Source of the DNA: Octopus vulgaris
Taxonomy: Eukaryota
Assembly (NCBI GenBank): GCA_951406725.2
Contig: OX597821.1
Coordinates: 100,006,001-100,070,000, forward strand
Direction of reading: 5' to 3'
DNA length: 64,000 nt
Position 1 is the first letter of the stretch, and the number at the start of each line of letters is the position of its first letter. The notes beneath the pieces are model-generated. The model searched no databases and was not told the origin of the DNA. It saw nothing but the letters and a program-made list of their open reading frames with translations. This document shows, one piece after another, positions 28,461 through 41,523 of the stretch. The position numbers and the translations under genes were made by a program.

Positions 28461-28600
28461 CAGTGGTTCTCAACCATTTCTTTTTAGCAATGGCTCCTTT
28501 AAGCTTCTATGTATTCTCCCCCCATAAACATTTAATGTTTAGAAACTAATTTTATAGATACTTCTTTCAGAATTCCTATTTTCTTTTTCACACACTCACT
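28461..28600 (+). mobile_element. Terminal fragment of a hAT (Charlie/MER5-like) non-autonomous element
   Basis: Begins CAGTGGTTCTCAACC, a typical hAT-Charlie TIR; the same TIR occurs inverted at 63476-63490. Confidence 0.45.
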
Positions 28601-28696
28601 CGTGTGTGTTTGCAGCATCACTCTCTGAGGGTATATGTGACCAGAGACATACTGAACTATGTCAGGCGTACTAACAATTATGTCAGTCCACCGCCT

Positions 28697-28741
<45 letters not shown>

Positions 28742-28798
28742 TTAATGATGATGATAATAATAATAATAATAATGATAATATTAATGATGATGATAATG

Positions 28799-28849
<51 letters not shown>

Positions 28850-28857
28850 TTAATAAT

Positions 28858-29700
28858 CATGTGTTGAGATGAATCCTTTGGGGTCTGGATAATTCACCTC
28901 TGGAAACTTGGGTGTTTTGTTCAACATCCTTAAACAACCCTTATTCAGGGACCTTTTGAGCGGAATGGGCTACTCGACCTGATGAGAATTCTAACTGAGC
29001 CCCACCTGTAAGGTCATGCGCTGTTTATCTTGACATGAAATCACCATGTCACCAAAGTAAGGAAACCTTGCTAGTGACAATTAGGAAAAAGGACGTATTG
29101 AAAGCAGAGAAAGAAAAAAGAAAAACAAAGGAAGTGCAAAAACGACATGAAGCAGAATTACGCAAGAAGGGACCACACAATCGATTCCATGCAGCCACAA
29201 CAGAAGTTGCTGGAAAAATAAGATGGGATCGGCTGATGAAAGGAACACTAAAAAAAGAGACCGAGGGCACTATACTTGCAGCGCAAGAGCACGAACTGGA
29301 GTTAGCGTCTCCGCTGTGCCGCATCTGCAATAGAGCGGATGAAACTATTGCCCATATCACGAACGAACGTCTTAGACTTGCCCCAAACCACTACAAGTTG
29401 TGGTGACTCAACTAGGTAGCAAAAGTGCTATGTTGGAAACTATGTGAAAGATGGGGGCTAGAGAGAAGCAAGACGTGATATGAGCAGAAACCGCAGAGAG
29501 TGGAAGAGTGGGAGACTAGCAAAATCCTCTGGGATTTCTCAATCCAAACAGATCAGGTGCTAGAGCATAACAGACCGGACTCACTGGTAGTGGACAAGGT
29601 GAACTACATATGCTATATAGTTGATGTTGCATGCCCCTTCGACTCGCGAATAGTCAAGAAGGAAGGCGAGAAGATAGTTAGACACAACCCTCTTAAGGAT
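28858..29700 (+). mobile_element. Family D repeat fragment fused to a second R4/Dong-clade retrotransposon C-terminal remnant
   Basis: GTLKKETEGTILAAQE..CRICNRADETIAHI..KILWDFSIQTDQVLEHNRPDSLVVDK..IVDVACPFD; preceded by (AAT)n. Confidence 0.82.
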
Positions 29701-29744
29701 TCAGGCTATGTTTCCGGACTGAGGATACCATCAGTATACCTTCC

Positions 29745-29965
29745 AGCAGTCTGTGTGTGTGTCATTGTGTCGGTGTTTGTTCCCCACAAGCGTTGGTGTA
29801 TTTACGTCCCCATCACTTAGGAATTCGGCAAAAGACACCGATAGAATAAGTACAAAGCTTAACAAAAGAAAACTGAAAAAGTATTTGGGTTTATTCATTA
29901 GATTAAAATTCTTCAAGTGGTGCCCCAGCATGGCCGCAGTCTAATGACTGAAACAAGCAAAAGCT
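29745..29965 (+). mobile_element. SINE family B, 3' half
   Basis: TTCGGCAAAAGACACCGATAGAATAAGTAC..GGTGCCCCAGCATGGCCGCAGTC. Confidence 0.78.
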
Positions 29966-30239
29966 AAAAATAACAAAAATAATTATTAAAAAGTAAGGAA
30001 GTTAGAGAAGGGCGTATGATCATTTGGTGGGAGCCTTCAAAAGTGGCATTGTGCGTGTGCTTGTCTATGTATGTCCGAACATAAATTTTACATAGGGTTG
30101 ATAATATAATTGTGCTCAACAGCTGTTTCATTAACAGTAAACATCATTATTTATATAACTACGAAGTTCAGATACACCACGCATTTATATTTTTTATGCA
30201 TATGCACCAATCCTATCTACCCCAGCACAAACGCTTATA

Positions 30240-30418
30240 TATATGGCGATTTTCTCCTCGTCTTCTCTTCCTTGGATCTTTCCTTTTCCTATGTTTCTGA
30301 CGAAGAGTCCCGCTCGAAACGTTAATTTTTCTTTCTTTCCTTTCCTGAGCGTCCAATAACACTATACTTGTTCCACGTCCTCGCCTTGTGTTTTCTCTTT
30401 GTGTTTTCATGTTTGGAT

Positions 30419-30425
<7 letters not shown>
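30240..30425 (+). mobile_element. Short Penelope-like repeat with minimal hammerhead motif (family H1); second copy at 46505-46710
   Basis: GTTT-CTGACGA-A-GAG..CTC-GAAACGTT; the flanks GGCGATTTT..GGATCTTTCCTT and TTCCTGAGCGTCCAATAA..TTTGGATTAAC(TA)n are shared by both copies. Confidence 0.7.
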
Positions 30426-30505
<80 letters not shown>

Positions 30506-30667
30506 GTAAAATACGTACACACGCTGGCTGGGCACATTTGCGTAGTGATCCACACACATGCATATGTAAATGGGTAATTTTTAGTAATATTTGCATTGAT
30601 TATGCCAAATACCACACAGGACATAAAAATAGTTTAAGAACCACCATAACATATATATGCATGCGTA

Positions 30668-30706
<39 letters not shown>

Positions 30707-31179
30707 GTAAAGAATAATGTTAACTAATGCATAAAATACGTTGTCCACCTTATACTACAAAACTATGTATACTATGATGAATATATTTACAATATGCAGA
30801 ATGAATTACAAACTGATAATCACTCACACACGTACATAGACACGTAGAGATAGAGAAGGAAAAGAGAGACAGGGAGAACAAGAGAGGGATAGAATGAGAT
30901 ACAGAGTGAGAGGGAATGAGTATGAAAAATAAGGAGAGAGAATGAAGGATGTTATTGTCGATGTGTTTGTTGCATGGTCCCAGGTCAGATGTAATCGATA
31001 AGATTTATGGCACTGAAAATATTGCAGCGTTGGCCGTCTATCGTTGTTTTTTTTGCTATCCAGACATACTGTATCTAGTTTTATCGTATTATCTAACGTG
31101 TATTTATTTTTTGCTTTTTTTGTAGCTAGTTTAGTGCAAAGTGAGGAGGTGATTTGAACGTTATTGTTTCTAGCACGCC

Positions 31180-31400
31180 GAAGGCAGCGAACAGACGGAG
31201 TCGTTAGCACGCCATGCAAAATGCTTAGCGGCATTTCATCCGTCTTTACATTGTGATGAGTTCAAATTCCGTTGATGTCGACTTTGCTTTTCTTCATTCG
31301 GGGTCGACAAAATAAAGTACCAGTTGAATACTGGGCTCGTTGCAATCGGCTATCTCCATTACCATACCAAAATTTCAGGCCTTGTGCCTATAGTAGACAG
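31180..31400 (+). mobile_element. SINE family A copy
   Basis: AAGGCAGCGAAC..GTTAGCACGCC..GTCGACTTTGC..GGGGTCGACAAAATAAAGTACCAG..TTTCAGGCCTTGTGCCTA. Confidence 0.8.
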
Positions 31401-31430
31401 AATTTTTTGAAGCACGTGGGGAGGAAGGGA

Positions 31431-31838
31431 TACTCTTTACTCTTTTACTTGTTTCAGTCATTTGACTGTGGCCATGCTGGAGCACCGCCTTTAGTCGAAC
31501 AAATCGACCCCAGGACTTATTCTTTGTAAGCCTAGTACTTATTCTATCGGTCACTTTTGCCGGACCGCTAAGTTACGAGGACGTAAACGCAGCAGCATCG
31601 GTTGTCAAGCGATGTTTGGGAGGGGACAAACACAGACACACAAACATATACACACACATACATACATATATATGACGGGCGTCTTTCAGTTTCCGTCTAC
31701 CAAATCCACTCACAAGGCTTTGGTCGGCCCGAGGCTATAGTAGAAGACACTTGTCCAAGGTGCCACGCAGTGGGACTGAATCCGGCACTATGTGGTTGGT
31801 AAGCAAGCTACTTACCACACAGCCACCCTAACCCTACG

Positions 31839-31841
<3 letters not shown>
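31431..31841 (-). mobile_element. SINE family B, full length
   Basis: Reverse complement matches the other family B copies. Confidence 0.9.
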
Positions 31842-31889
<48 letters not shown>

Positions 31890-31890
31890 G

Positions 31891-32816
31891 CAGATTGCTC
31901 AAGGTATTTCGGGGTATACCTTTTTGGGGTCATTGCTGCGTTTTTTGCTAACTCTGTATAATCTTTGTTTCAGAAAATATTAATGGTAGACCCACAGCTT
32001 ACTCAAGAAATGAAGAGGCATGGTGTTATTGTGGTTATAAAGGCTTAGCATAGCGAATTAGAAATATCTCGATTTAAAAAATTTTTCAGATCTTTCGTCT
32101 ACAAAGTTTTTAAGGAGCTAGAAACTGAAGATGGAAACATATCACCAGTATCAAAGCATAAAAAAGCATTCTAAGCGCTCTGAAATCATCAGAACACCTG
32201 AATTTATCCTGCAAGTTCAACCGACTATTGATTACAATCCTTGAAAGTCCATGAGGTTAATTGCAAAAGATCTTCAAGTGTCAAAAGGAACAGTCAGAAA
32301 TGTTGTCCACAAAGACATCTTATATGATGAGGAAAGGTCAATTTGTCAGAAAAAAGCAAAAGAAAATCACTACATCAGATCTAAAAGGCTCTTAAACAAA
32401 CTGAAAAATCCGGCAGAAGATTTGATTTGGTTTTTCTCAATCTAGAAAAACTTCGACCAAGATCAAAAAGTTAACAGAAGAAATGACAGATGGCTATGTG
32501 CAGACCCTTCTGAAGTTCCGAGTGTTATGTATACAAAATTTCCTGCAACTGTCATTGTTTTATGGGTTGTCAGCAATGAAGGACATATGATGCCTCCTTA
32601 CTTCTTTCCACAAGGCCTTAGAGTTAACTCTGCCACCTACATTGAGGTCCTGGAAATAATTGTTAAACCCTGGATAGACAGTGTGTGCAGTAGAAAGCCA
32701 TACGCGTTATAGTAAGATGCAATGGAAGGCCATATGTGTCTCAGTTATTATCTGTTATTATATAGCTGTTTTTTTTTATAAACATAAATCTGTCTTCAAA
32801 TATCTTACGCACCCTG
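31891..32816 (+). mobile_element. Decayed Tc1/mariner-superfamily DNA transposon, DD37D (maT)-like
   Basis: SMRLIAKDLQVSKGTVRNVVHKD (HTH), WFFS-x-KNFDQDQKVNRRNDRW and KFPATVIVLWVVSNEGHMMPPYFFPQGLRVN..YIEVLE..VKPWI. The right TIR (rc CAGGGTGCGTAAGATATTT) weakly matches the left CAGATTGCTCAAGGTATTT. Confidence 0.8.
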
Positions 32817-33818
32817 TATATAAGGAGAGAGATAAAAGTGGCGAAGCGTGTATGGATTATTAGTTTTTTTAAAAGTAATTGTCTCATTAAGGTGGCGAAC
32901 TGTCAGAATCGTTAGCATGCCGGACAAAATGCGTAGAGGCATTTCATCTATCTTTATATTCTGAGTTCAAATTCCGCCGAAGATGTCTTTGCAGTTCACC
33001 CCTTACTGTGTCAGTAAAGTAAGTACAAGTTAACCGCTGATTTTGGTTCTCGTTCCTCCCTGCCCACAATAAATTTCCGTTATTGTGCGTATATCAGAGA
33101 TTATTGCTCTGTAAAGTAAACCCGGCGATTAAAGTATTCTGTATTATAGGTGAACCAGAAAGTTTGAAAGATATTTATAATGGCTCAAAATTCAGATTAC
33201 CTGGTTTTCATAGCGTGTAGGTGAGCGAAATTTCAACAAGTGTGGCTGTGTAGCAAGAAGCTTGCTTCCAAACTACATGGTTCTAGGTTCAACGCCACAG
33301 CGTCTACTGTTACCTCTTACGAGTGGATTTGATAGAGAGAAGCTGAAAGGCCATATATATATATATAATAGATATAAAAAATACAAAATGGGACAAGAAC
33401 GCAAAACATCCGGACAGCTAGGTGATACAAAGATGGGACAACAAAACATCCAGTTAGATGATACACGTTATATGTATATATTATATAACGATATAATATA
33501 ATGGTTTATACAACTTTGTGAAATGTTTGTACATCGTCTTTAGTTTAGTTTCAGTCGCTGTTATATAATACAGAAGTAGTCAAAGGCTATTATTAAAGGT
33601 AGAGTGGGGCCTATTTGATACTACATTGCATCTGATTTAAGTGAAACCTGACAGCCGAATGAAAACCGAGGTATTGTACCGCCCGTGGAATTGTTCTGGC
33701 TCTATAACATATTTGCTTTGAAAACCAAACTAACGAAATGAGATTGTGAAACGCCTGTTATTTTAAAACATAAACCAAAAGACGAGAGAGACATACACAA
33801 GTCAAACACAGACTTCCT

Positions 33819-33900
<82 letters not shown>

Positions 33901-34789
33901 GTCTATCTATCTATCTATCTATCTGCCTGTCTTTCTCTTCTTATCTAATTTTCTCCTTCGAATAATAGCGGATGCAGTTCGCAAGGGATTATAAACAATA
34001 AACTATACAGGCGGTCATTGCTCATCTTTTATTCATATGTAAAAGAGATATTTCCTCTATTATCTTCTTACGGTGAGTTATGTTTATTTTTGCCTGCAGT
34101 CTGATAGTTAAGTCTTCCAGACTGCAGCTAACATTTTCACACTTCATTTATCATACCGAGAACCGGTGGGGCGGAGGGGAGTTTTCTGGAGCTTCGTATA
34201 GAAGAGACATTTATATAATATTGCTGTCTTCAACGATGAAGATTGTCGTATGAATTCACTAGAAATATTTATATATTTATTATTATTTAATTTACAGCTG
34301 AAGATTTTGGTTTAGACGTAAGAGAACCGGTTTAAGTTCTTAACATATATAGTTTACTTACTTTGATCTGTGAGTTTATATATTTAGTACCAGTAATATA
34401 TTCAATATATTACGTTATAAATTCAATCAACTAAATACTATCTGGCTCCTCATCTCCAGGGAAATGATGATTTAAAAGCAGAAGTAGAATAGGAAATCAA
34501 TTTGAAAACTGTAGAACGATATAACTTTAACTTTAGAAAATCTGAAAATTCAGTTTAAATATAATAAATAGCATTTTCTACAACGTGTGTTGGATTCTGA
34601 TTTCATTCATTGACGACATAGACATAGAAATACATACATACATTCATATCTACCTGCCTACATATATACATACATACATATATACATACATACCTACATA
34701 TTTACATACATACATGCATGCATACATGCCTACATGCGTATTTATTTGTATATCTGTTCAGTAGATCAAATACCTCTTAGTTATATTGG

Positions 34790-35395
34790 TTTCAAATTTT
34801 GGCACTAGGCCAGCAATTTCTGGCTAGCAAGCGGTAAGTCGATTACAACGATTCCAACATTGTGTGATACTTATATTATCGATGTCAGCTGGTACTCATT
34901 TTATCGACCTCGGTGATCAATTGTTACTTATTTTATCAACTCCAGTGATCAGCTGGTACCCATTTTATCGACTCCACTGCTCAGCAGGTATTTATTTCAT
35001 TGAACCAATTGTTTAGCTGGTACTTGCTTTATCGACCCTACTGCTCCACTGGTACTCATTTTATCGACCCCACTGCTCAGTTGGTACTCATTTTATCGAT
35101 CCCACTGCTCAGTTGGTACTCATTTTACCGACCCCACTGCTCAGTTGGTACTCATCTTATCGACCCCACTGCTCAGTTGGTATTTATTTCATCGACCCCA
35201 GTGCTCAGCTAGTACTCATTTTGTCGAGCCCAGTGCTCAGCTGGTAATTTATTTTATAGACCATAGTGCTCAACTGGTACTTATTTTATCGACCCCACTG
35301 CTCAACTGGTACTTTTATCGACCCCACTGCTTAACAGGTAGTCATTTTATCGACCTCAGTGCTCAACTGGAAGTTATATTATCGACACCGGGCAA
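34790..35395 (-). repeat. ~32-bp minisatellite (CTGGTACTCATTTTATCGACCCCACTGCTCAG, ~16 units) expanded inside a SINE A copy
   Basis: The unit equals the SINE A segment TCGACCCCAGT..AACTGGTACTTATTTTA; a SINE 3' end (AATTTTGGCAC..GGCCAGCAATTTC) precedes the array. Confidence 0.88.
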
Positions 35396-35620
35396 ATAGT
35401 GTCACATCATCGGCGTGTTAGCGATTATGCTCACTTAACACCTTGGTTTCGAATTTTGGCACAAGGTCAGCAATTTCGGGGCAGTGGTTAAATCAGTTAC
35501 GTTGGACCCTAGTGTTCAACTGATATTTATTTTATCGACCCCAAAAAGATGAAAGGCAAAGTTGACCCTGCCTTAGGTGTCAGTTCTTTTAAATTCTGGT
35601 ACTTATTTTATCAGCCTATA

Positions 35621-36027
35621 GGCTGTGTGGTAATTAGCTTGCTTACCAACCACATGGTTCCGGGTTCAGTTCTACTGCGGGGGCACCTTGGGCAACTGTC
35701 TTCTACTATAGCCTCAGGCCGACCAAAGACTTGCGAGTGGATTTGGTAGACGGAAACTGAAAGAAACCTGTCACATATATGTATATATATGTGTGTATGT
35801 GTGTGTCTATGTTTGTGTATTTGTGTTTGTCCCCCCAACATCGCTTGACAACCGATGTTGGTGTGTTTACGTCCCCGTAACTTAGCGGTTCGGCAAAAGA
35901 GACCGATAGAATAAGTACTAGGCTTACAAAGAATAAGTCCTGGGGTCGATTTGCTCGACTAAAGGCGGTGCTCCAGTATAGCCACAGTCACATGACTGAA
36001 ACAAGTAAAAGAGAGTAAAATGAGAGT
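35621..36027 (+). mobile_element. SINE family B, full length, low divergence
   Basis: Complete head, body and tail matching the other copies. Confidence 0.9.
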
Positions 36028-36096
36028 CAATGTTTTGCTGAAAGGCTGGACTACGAGAACGTAAATAAAAAAAAAACTGAACTCCACCAGTTGTCA

Positions 36097-36164
<68 letters not shown>

Positions 36165-36898
36165 AGACGGGCTTCGAAACTCTTTTCGTCTACCAAATTC
36201 ACTTGCGAACTAGTTCTCAACCTGGGGCTATTGAAAAAGGCACTTGCTCAAGTGAAACTGAACCGACAACCTTGTAGTTGCGAAAAGAGCTTCTCAGTCA
36301 CACAGCAATGTACGCGTCGTATATAATACACTCACACACACACACAAACGCACACACACACACACACACACAGACACACACAAACACACACACGCACACA
36401 CACACATGTATATACAAATGCACCTGAATACACGCACATAAATTGATACACATAAATGATATACATACATGTATACGAATATATATACATATACATACGC
36501 ATATATAATTGTGAAGGACGTTTGTATTTCTTTTACAAGTTAATTAATATGAAACGTGTTAAAACAGATGTATTTTGGAAAGATTATTTGCCAATAAAAC
36601 ACAAAGGCAAATCTTTTTTACTTCATTTCTTTTTATTGCTATCAGTTAATTAGTTAACTAATCAACTATCAATTATTTGATCAATCGTTTGATCAATCAA
36701 TCAGTTGATTCGTCAGAATCCTTTCGTCACACATTGTGACTACTTTATTGATGACGTGTTCTCATCTGCACTTGTCTTTGCTAATGTGCTAATATACACC
36801 TCCTGTTAATTCTCGAACTGATTATTCCGTTTCTGCTGCTGTATTAAGTATTTAGTGTTTGTACAGTTTTGAAATGTGTGTATACTTGTTCTTAACCA

Positions 36899-37125
36899 GA
36901 AGTTCTTAACCAGATCAAGCCGAAACTGTCGCTAGAAGCTAGGATCACCAAGCACAGATTGGCATATTTTGGTCATATTATGCGGAGAAAATCCCCGGAG
37001 AAGGACATCATGCTCGGAATGGTCAGTGGCACGAGATGAAGAGGCCGACCAAGAACCCGCTGGCTTGACACCATCAAGAGTGAAATGGGAATGGCCATTA
37101 TCACCAGAGATTTGCATGCCGTGAA
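36899..37125 (+). mobile_element. RTE-clade (BovB-like) LINE 3' fragment
   Basis: EVLNQIKPKLSLEARITKHRLAYFGHIMRRKSPEKDIMLGMVSGTR*RGRPRTRWLDTIK contains the YFGHxMR and RGRPxxRWxD RTE C-terminal motifs. Confidence 0.85.
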
Positions 37126-37570
37126 TGAAAGTCTTGTGTGTGCGTTATTCTTTCACGGGGTTAGCAAAAGCAGAATAGATATGCTTTATTATTCCAGCCA
37201 TCGTGAAGTTCACAGACTGTGATGAAATCAATAGGTTGATTCAACTGATCAATTAATGAAAAAAAATTGAAGCAAACTCTTGATTAGCTAATTAGTATTC
37301 TAATTATGTGACAATGCTAAAAAGAATGGCAAAACGACTGTATGTATGTATGTATGTATGTATGTATGTATGTCGTTATTCAGTTTTATTTCAAGATTTC
37401 TTGCCAATCGTGGAAGAACCGGTTTCTAACCTAAATACTAGGCTCATTAATTTGAATCTCATCAACATCAACACAGTGTTTTTGTATGTATGTATGTATG
37501 TATGTATGTATGTATGTATGTATGTATGTATGTATGTATGTATGTATGTATGTATGTATGTGCAGATTTG

Positions 37571-37601
<31 letters not shown>

Positions 37602-38706
37602 GTGCAGGTTTGTATGTTTTGTTTTATGTATATATTCTCATGAATATACTTGCATATCTAGACAAGCTCATATATACTTAAATGTGTGTATTCCTGTATA
37701 TCTGTATGTATGTATTTATGCATGTCTGTTTGTATGTATGTAGGTATTTATACTTGCATGTGTGTGCATGTGTGTACGCGGATATGCGGGTAGAGAGAGA
37801 CAGAGACAGATAGCTAAATAGAGAGAGAGCATATCAATCACTTGGCGGCAGTTGGTACCAACTCTCGAGGAAAAGGGGAGATACTGTCAAGAGTCAGCTA
37901 TAAAAAATTGACACGCTATTAAGTAAAAGACATTCTGATTGTCTGACGAAAAGAGGACAGTTGCAGACACGTGTTTCAACTTCAACATGTGTCACCAATA
38001 TAACAATTGTTCTACCTTAGCTGTTGCAGAACGAAAGTGAAATTCTTAATTCTTAAGATTATTTCTCTTTCTCAATTGGAGTTGATATCAATTGCCAACA
38101 AACGATTGGTCCACCATCTCTGGAGGCGGAGTTAATTTCACTAAAGCAAGTACTTTTCTTGTATGATATTTAATATACCTATATTCGTCTTTGTTGCCCA
38201 AATACATGCCACAGGCCACTTTCGAGTATTTCCCTTACTATTCTAACATTCAGTGGTAAGAGGTAGTCGTCCTCCCAGTGTTGTGACGAACGGACCGGTG
38301 AACAAGAAAAACATACACTGAATATGTGCCGTCGATAATGTCCGGAACACTAGCGCAGCTTCTAATTCATTACTGAATGGACACATGCACACAAAAATAC
38401 ATACATACATACATACATACATACATACATACATACATGCATACATACATACATACATACATACATGCATACATACATACACACATACATACATACAGAT
38501 CTATTTATACGTGTATAAATGAGCTTTGATTTTAAGCGAAACTAGACTAGTATAGTGATCTCGGTGTATGGAACTGTGATTCCTTGTTGCAGCAAGGGGT
38601 TTTTAACTCTTGTTTCTAGCAATGTAGGTGCTACGCTGCACCGTCACAATTAGTGACAACTGAATTTTTCCTTTTTTGGTTTTATAATGCATATAGCCGC
38701 CTTCGT

Positions 38707-38751
<45 letters not shown>

Positions 38752-38756
<5 letters not shown>

Positions 38757-39022
38757 GGATCACGTGACTGACCAGACCATCAGATGTTGTTACACATCGC
38801 TGGTCACAATGCGTTCGCATTGTTTTAGCCTTCGAACGACGCCACCCCGCTGGCTAAGCGAGCAGGCCAACAGAAGAAAGTGGGAAAGAGTACAGCAGGG
38901 ATCACCACCCCCTGCCGGAGCATCGTGGAGCTTTTAGGTGTTTTCGCTCAATAAACACACACAACGCCCGGTCTGGGAATCGAAACCGCGATCCTCCGAC
39001 CGCGAGTCCGCTGCCCTAATCA

Positions 39023-39024
<2 letters not shown>
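38752..39024 (-). mobile_element. SINE family C copy inserted in (TA)n
   Basis: 38890-39024 is the reverse complement of the head/body at 9663-9802; the 3' tail differs. Confidence 0.82.
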
Positions 39025-39088
<64 letters not shown>

Positions 39089-39578
39089 TATATGTATGTA
39101 TGTATATGTATTCATGACGCCACTGGCCACTACTCTTTCTTAGCTAGTTTTTGTTTTATTTTGATCAGGAATTTGCTCATTCAGAACTTATTTGATGCAG
39201 TAACAACATCATGAATGCGAGGATTTTCACGTGTATAGGAAATCAATAAGGATGTCATTTATGGAGAGACAAAGCAATAATATTTATAGGAATATGGGCA
39301 TAGTTTCACAAAAAAATCTAACTATATTCTTGTCAGAGTTTGACTAGCACTTCAGCACGAAAACCCAGGCCCTTAAGCCACTTAAGCAGCTTTACAGCAA
39401 ATAAATAGCATATATAAATGGTATTGATTTTTTTATGGAAATAGAAAGGATTTGAACACGTGAGCACACGGTCAATGTTTAAATACTGTAACACATTTTG
39501 TACGAAACTCATTATTCATTGATCCTTAAATTCACGACGATGTCTTCTCGGAAGCAAATTTTCCTCAAATCGTCCCCG

Positions 39579-39624
<46 letters not shown>

Positions 39625-39628
<4 letters not shown>

Positions 39629-40031
39629 CTTTTACTTGTTTCAGTCATTTGACTGTGGCCATGCTGGAGCACCGCATTTAGTCCAGCAAATCGACCCCAG
39701 GACTTATTCTTTGTAAGCCTAGTACTTATTCTATCGGTCTCTTGGCTGAACCGCCAAGTTACGGGGACGTAAACACACTAGCATCGGTTGTCAAGCGATG
39801 TTGGGGGACAAACACAGACACCCAAACATACACACACACGCACACACATATATATATAAACATATATAAGACGGGCTTCTTTCAGTTTCTGTCAACCAAA
39901 TCCACTCACAAGGCTTTGGTCGGCCCAAGGCTATAGTAGAAGACACTTGCCCAAGGTGTCACGCAGTGGGACTGAACCTGGAACCATGTGGTTGGTAAGC
40001 AAGCTAATTACCACACAGCCAATCCTACGCC
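39625..40031 (-). mobile_element. SINE family B, full length
   Basis: Reverse complement matches the other family B copies. Confidence 0.9.
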
Positions 40032-40874
40032 TTTTTATTTTTTATAAAAGGGATATCTTGCAAAATATAGTTTGAATAAAAGACAGGGTGTTGTCAAGGT
40101 TGGAGCGCCTTTGACAATAAGACTAAGTCTAAGAATGAGTCTAAGAAGAGGTTAGAGAACAACTGCAACAAAAACGCTGAAACTCCAAGCAGCTTCATTA
40201 TCTTTATGTGAGAGTTATTACGAAAAGAGAAAAAGAGACAAACTAACAGATGGGAAACTACGGAGAAAAAATACGCCATGTTTGAAGGAAGAAAATGTTC
40301 AACTTAATATGTATGTACAGTCTTTTTTGTTTTTGCAGAATAGATTTGCTTATGATTGGAAAGAACCTCATCTATTACTGTCTCCGAGGACGAGATAGAA
40401 GAATAAAGGAGAATAGTTTCAAAATCATTCTAAATATGTTTTTGTTTTTTTTCTTTTTTGAAAAAAATAGATGACGATGAAGTTGAAATTGAAATTAAAA
40501 TTAGTGAAAAATTAATCAAAACGTAGAAAGGGAGTTATTGGAATTCAAGTAATATATTTTGAAAGTAGTGGAAGGAAAGAAAAACATCTAGATTGATATA
40601 TTGAAATGTAAAGAAAGAAATAAAAGGGGTGGGGAGAGGAATGGAAGCAAGAAAGATGCAATGCAATTCAATTTACTACTATGAGTGGGTGGAGTCTCCG
40701 TCAATTTCGACGAAGAGCATGATATCAGTTGTGATACTAAACGAGTTACCTCCTCGTAAGCTTAACGTGTAAAGTGACTTGATATGGGTAGCCTTCCATC
40801 AGGTTAGAGGTAGGGTCGAACCAATGGGAAACGGTGAATGTGAAGGATGGATCTTTGCATTACAGGTTACTCTA

Positions 40875-40967
<93 letters not shown>

Positions 40968-41523
40968 AACAGACAGTCAGGCTGATAGACAGAGAAAAAA
41001 GAAGAAGAAGAGTGGAAGAAGAAGAAGAAGAAGAAGAAGAAGAAGAAGAAGAAGAAGAAGAAGAAGAAGAAGAAGAAGAAGAAGAAGAAAATAATCCGAT
41101 TACTGAACTGATAGTTTATTTCTCCTTTTGAGTTCATGTTAAGAAAACTTCCTTTTTTTGTTTTGCTCCCCTGAGGGAGAGAGAGAGAGAGAGAGAGAGG
41201 TGAGAGAAAAAAGAGGGAAAAGAGAGAGAGAGAGAAACAGACAGTCAGGCTTACAGACAGACAGACAGACAAAGAAGAAAAAATAATAAAAATGACATCA
41301 GTACTTGATTGACATTTTGTTTCCTGACACCGAAAAGCGACTAAGTTGATCCGGTGAGATTTGAACTCAGATCACCGACAGTCGGAACAAATACCATGCC
41401 AGAAAGAATCTCGCATGATCCTCAAAGAGTTCCACCAGTTTGCATCCTGAATTTATGCTTCATATACACATATATATATGTGTGTGTATGTGTACATGCG
41501 TATGTATGTGTGTATGTGTGTTA

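Noticed and set aside
28977-29050. CTGATGAG...GAAA in the family D repeat as a hammerhead
   Set aside because: No stem II/III closure, and the homologous copy reads CAGAAGAA at this position.
34880-35390. CRISPR-like appearance of regularly spaced ~32-bp repeats
   Set aside because: Units are head-to-tail with no unique spacers, derive from a SINE and have no cas genes; the context is eukaryotic.
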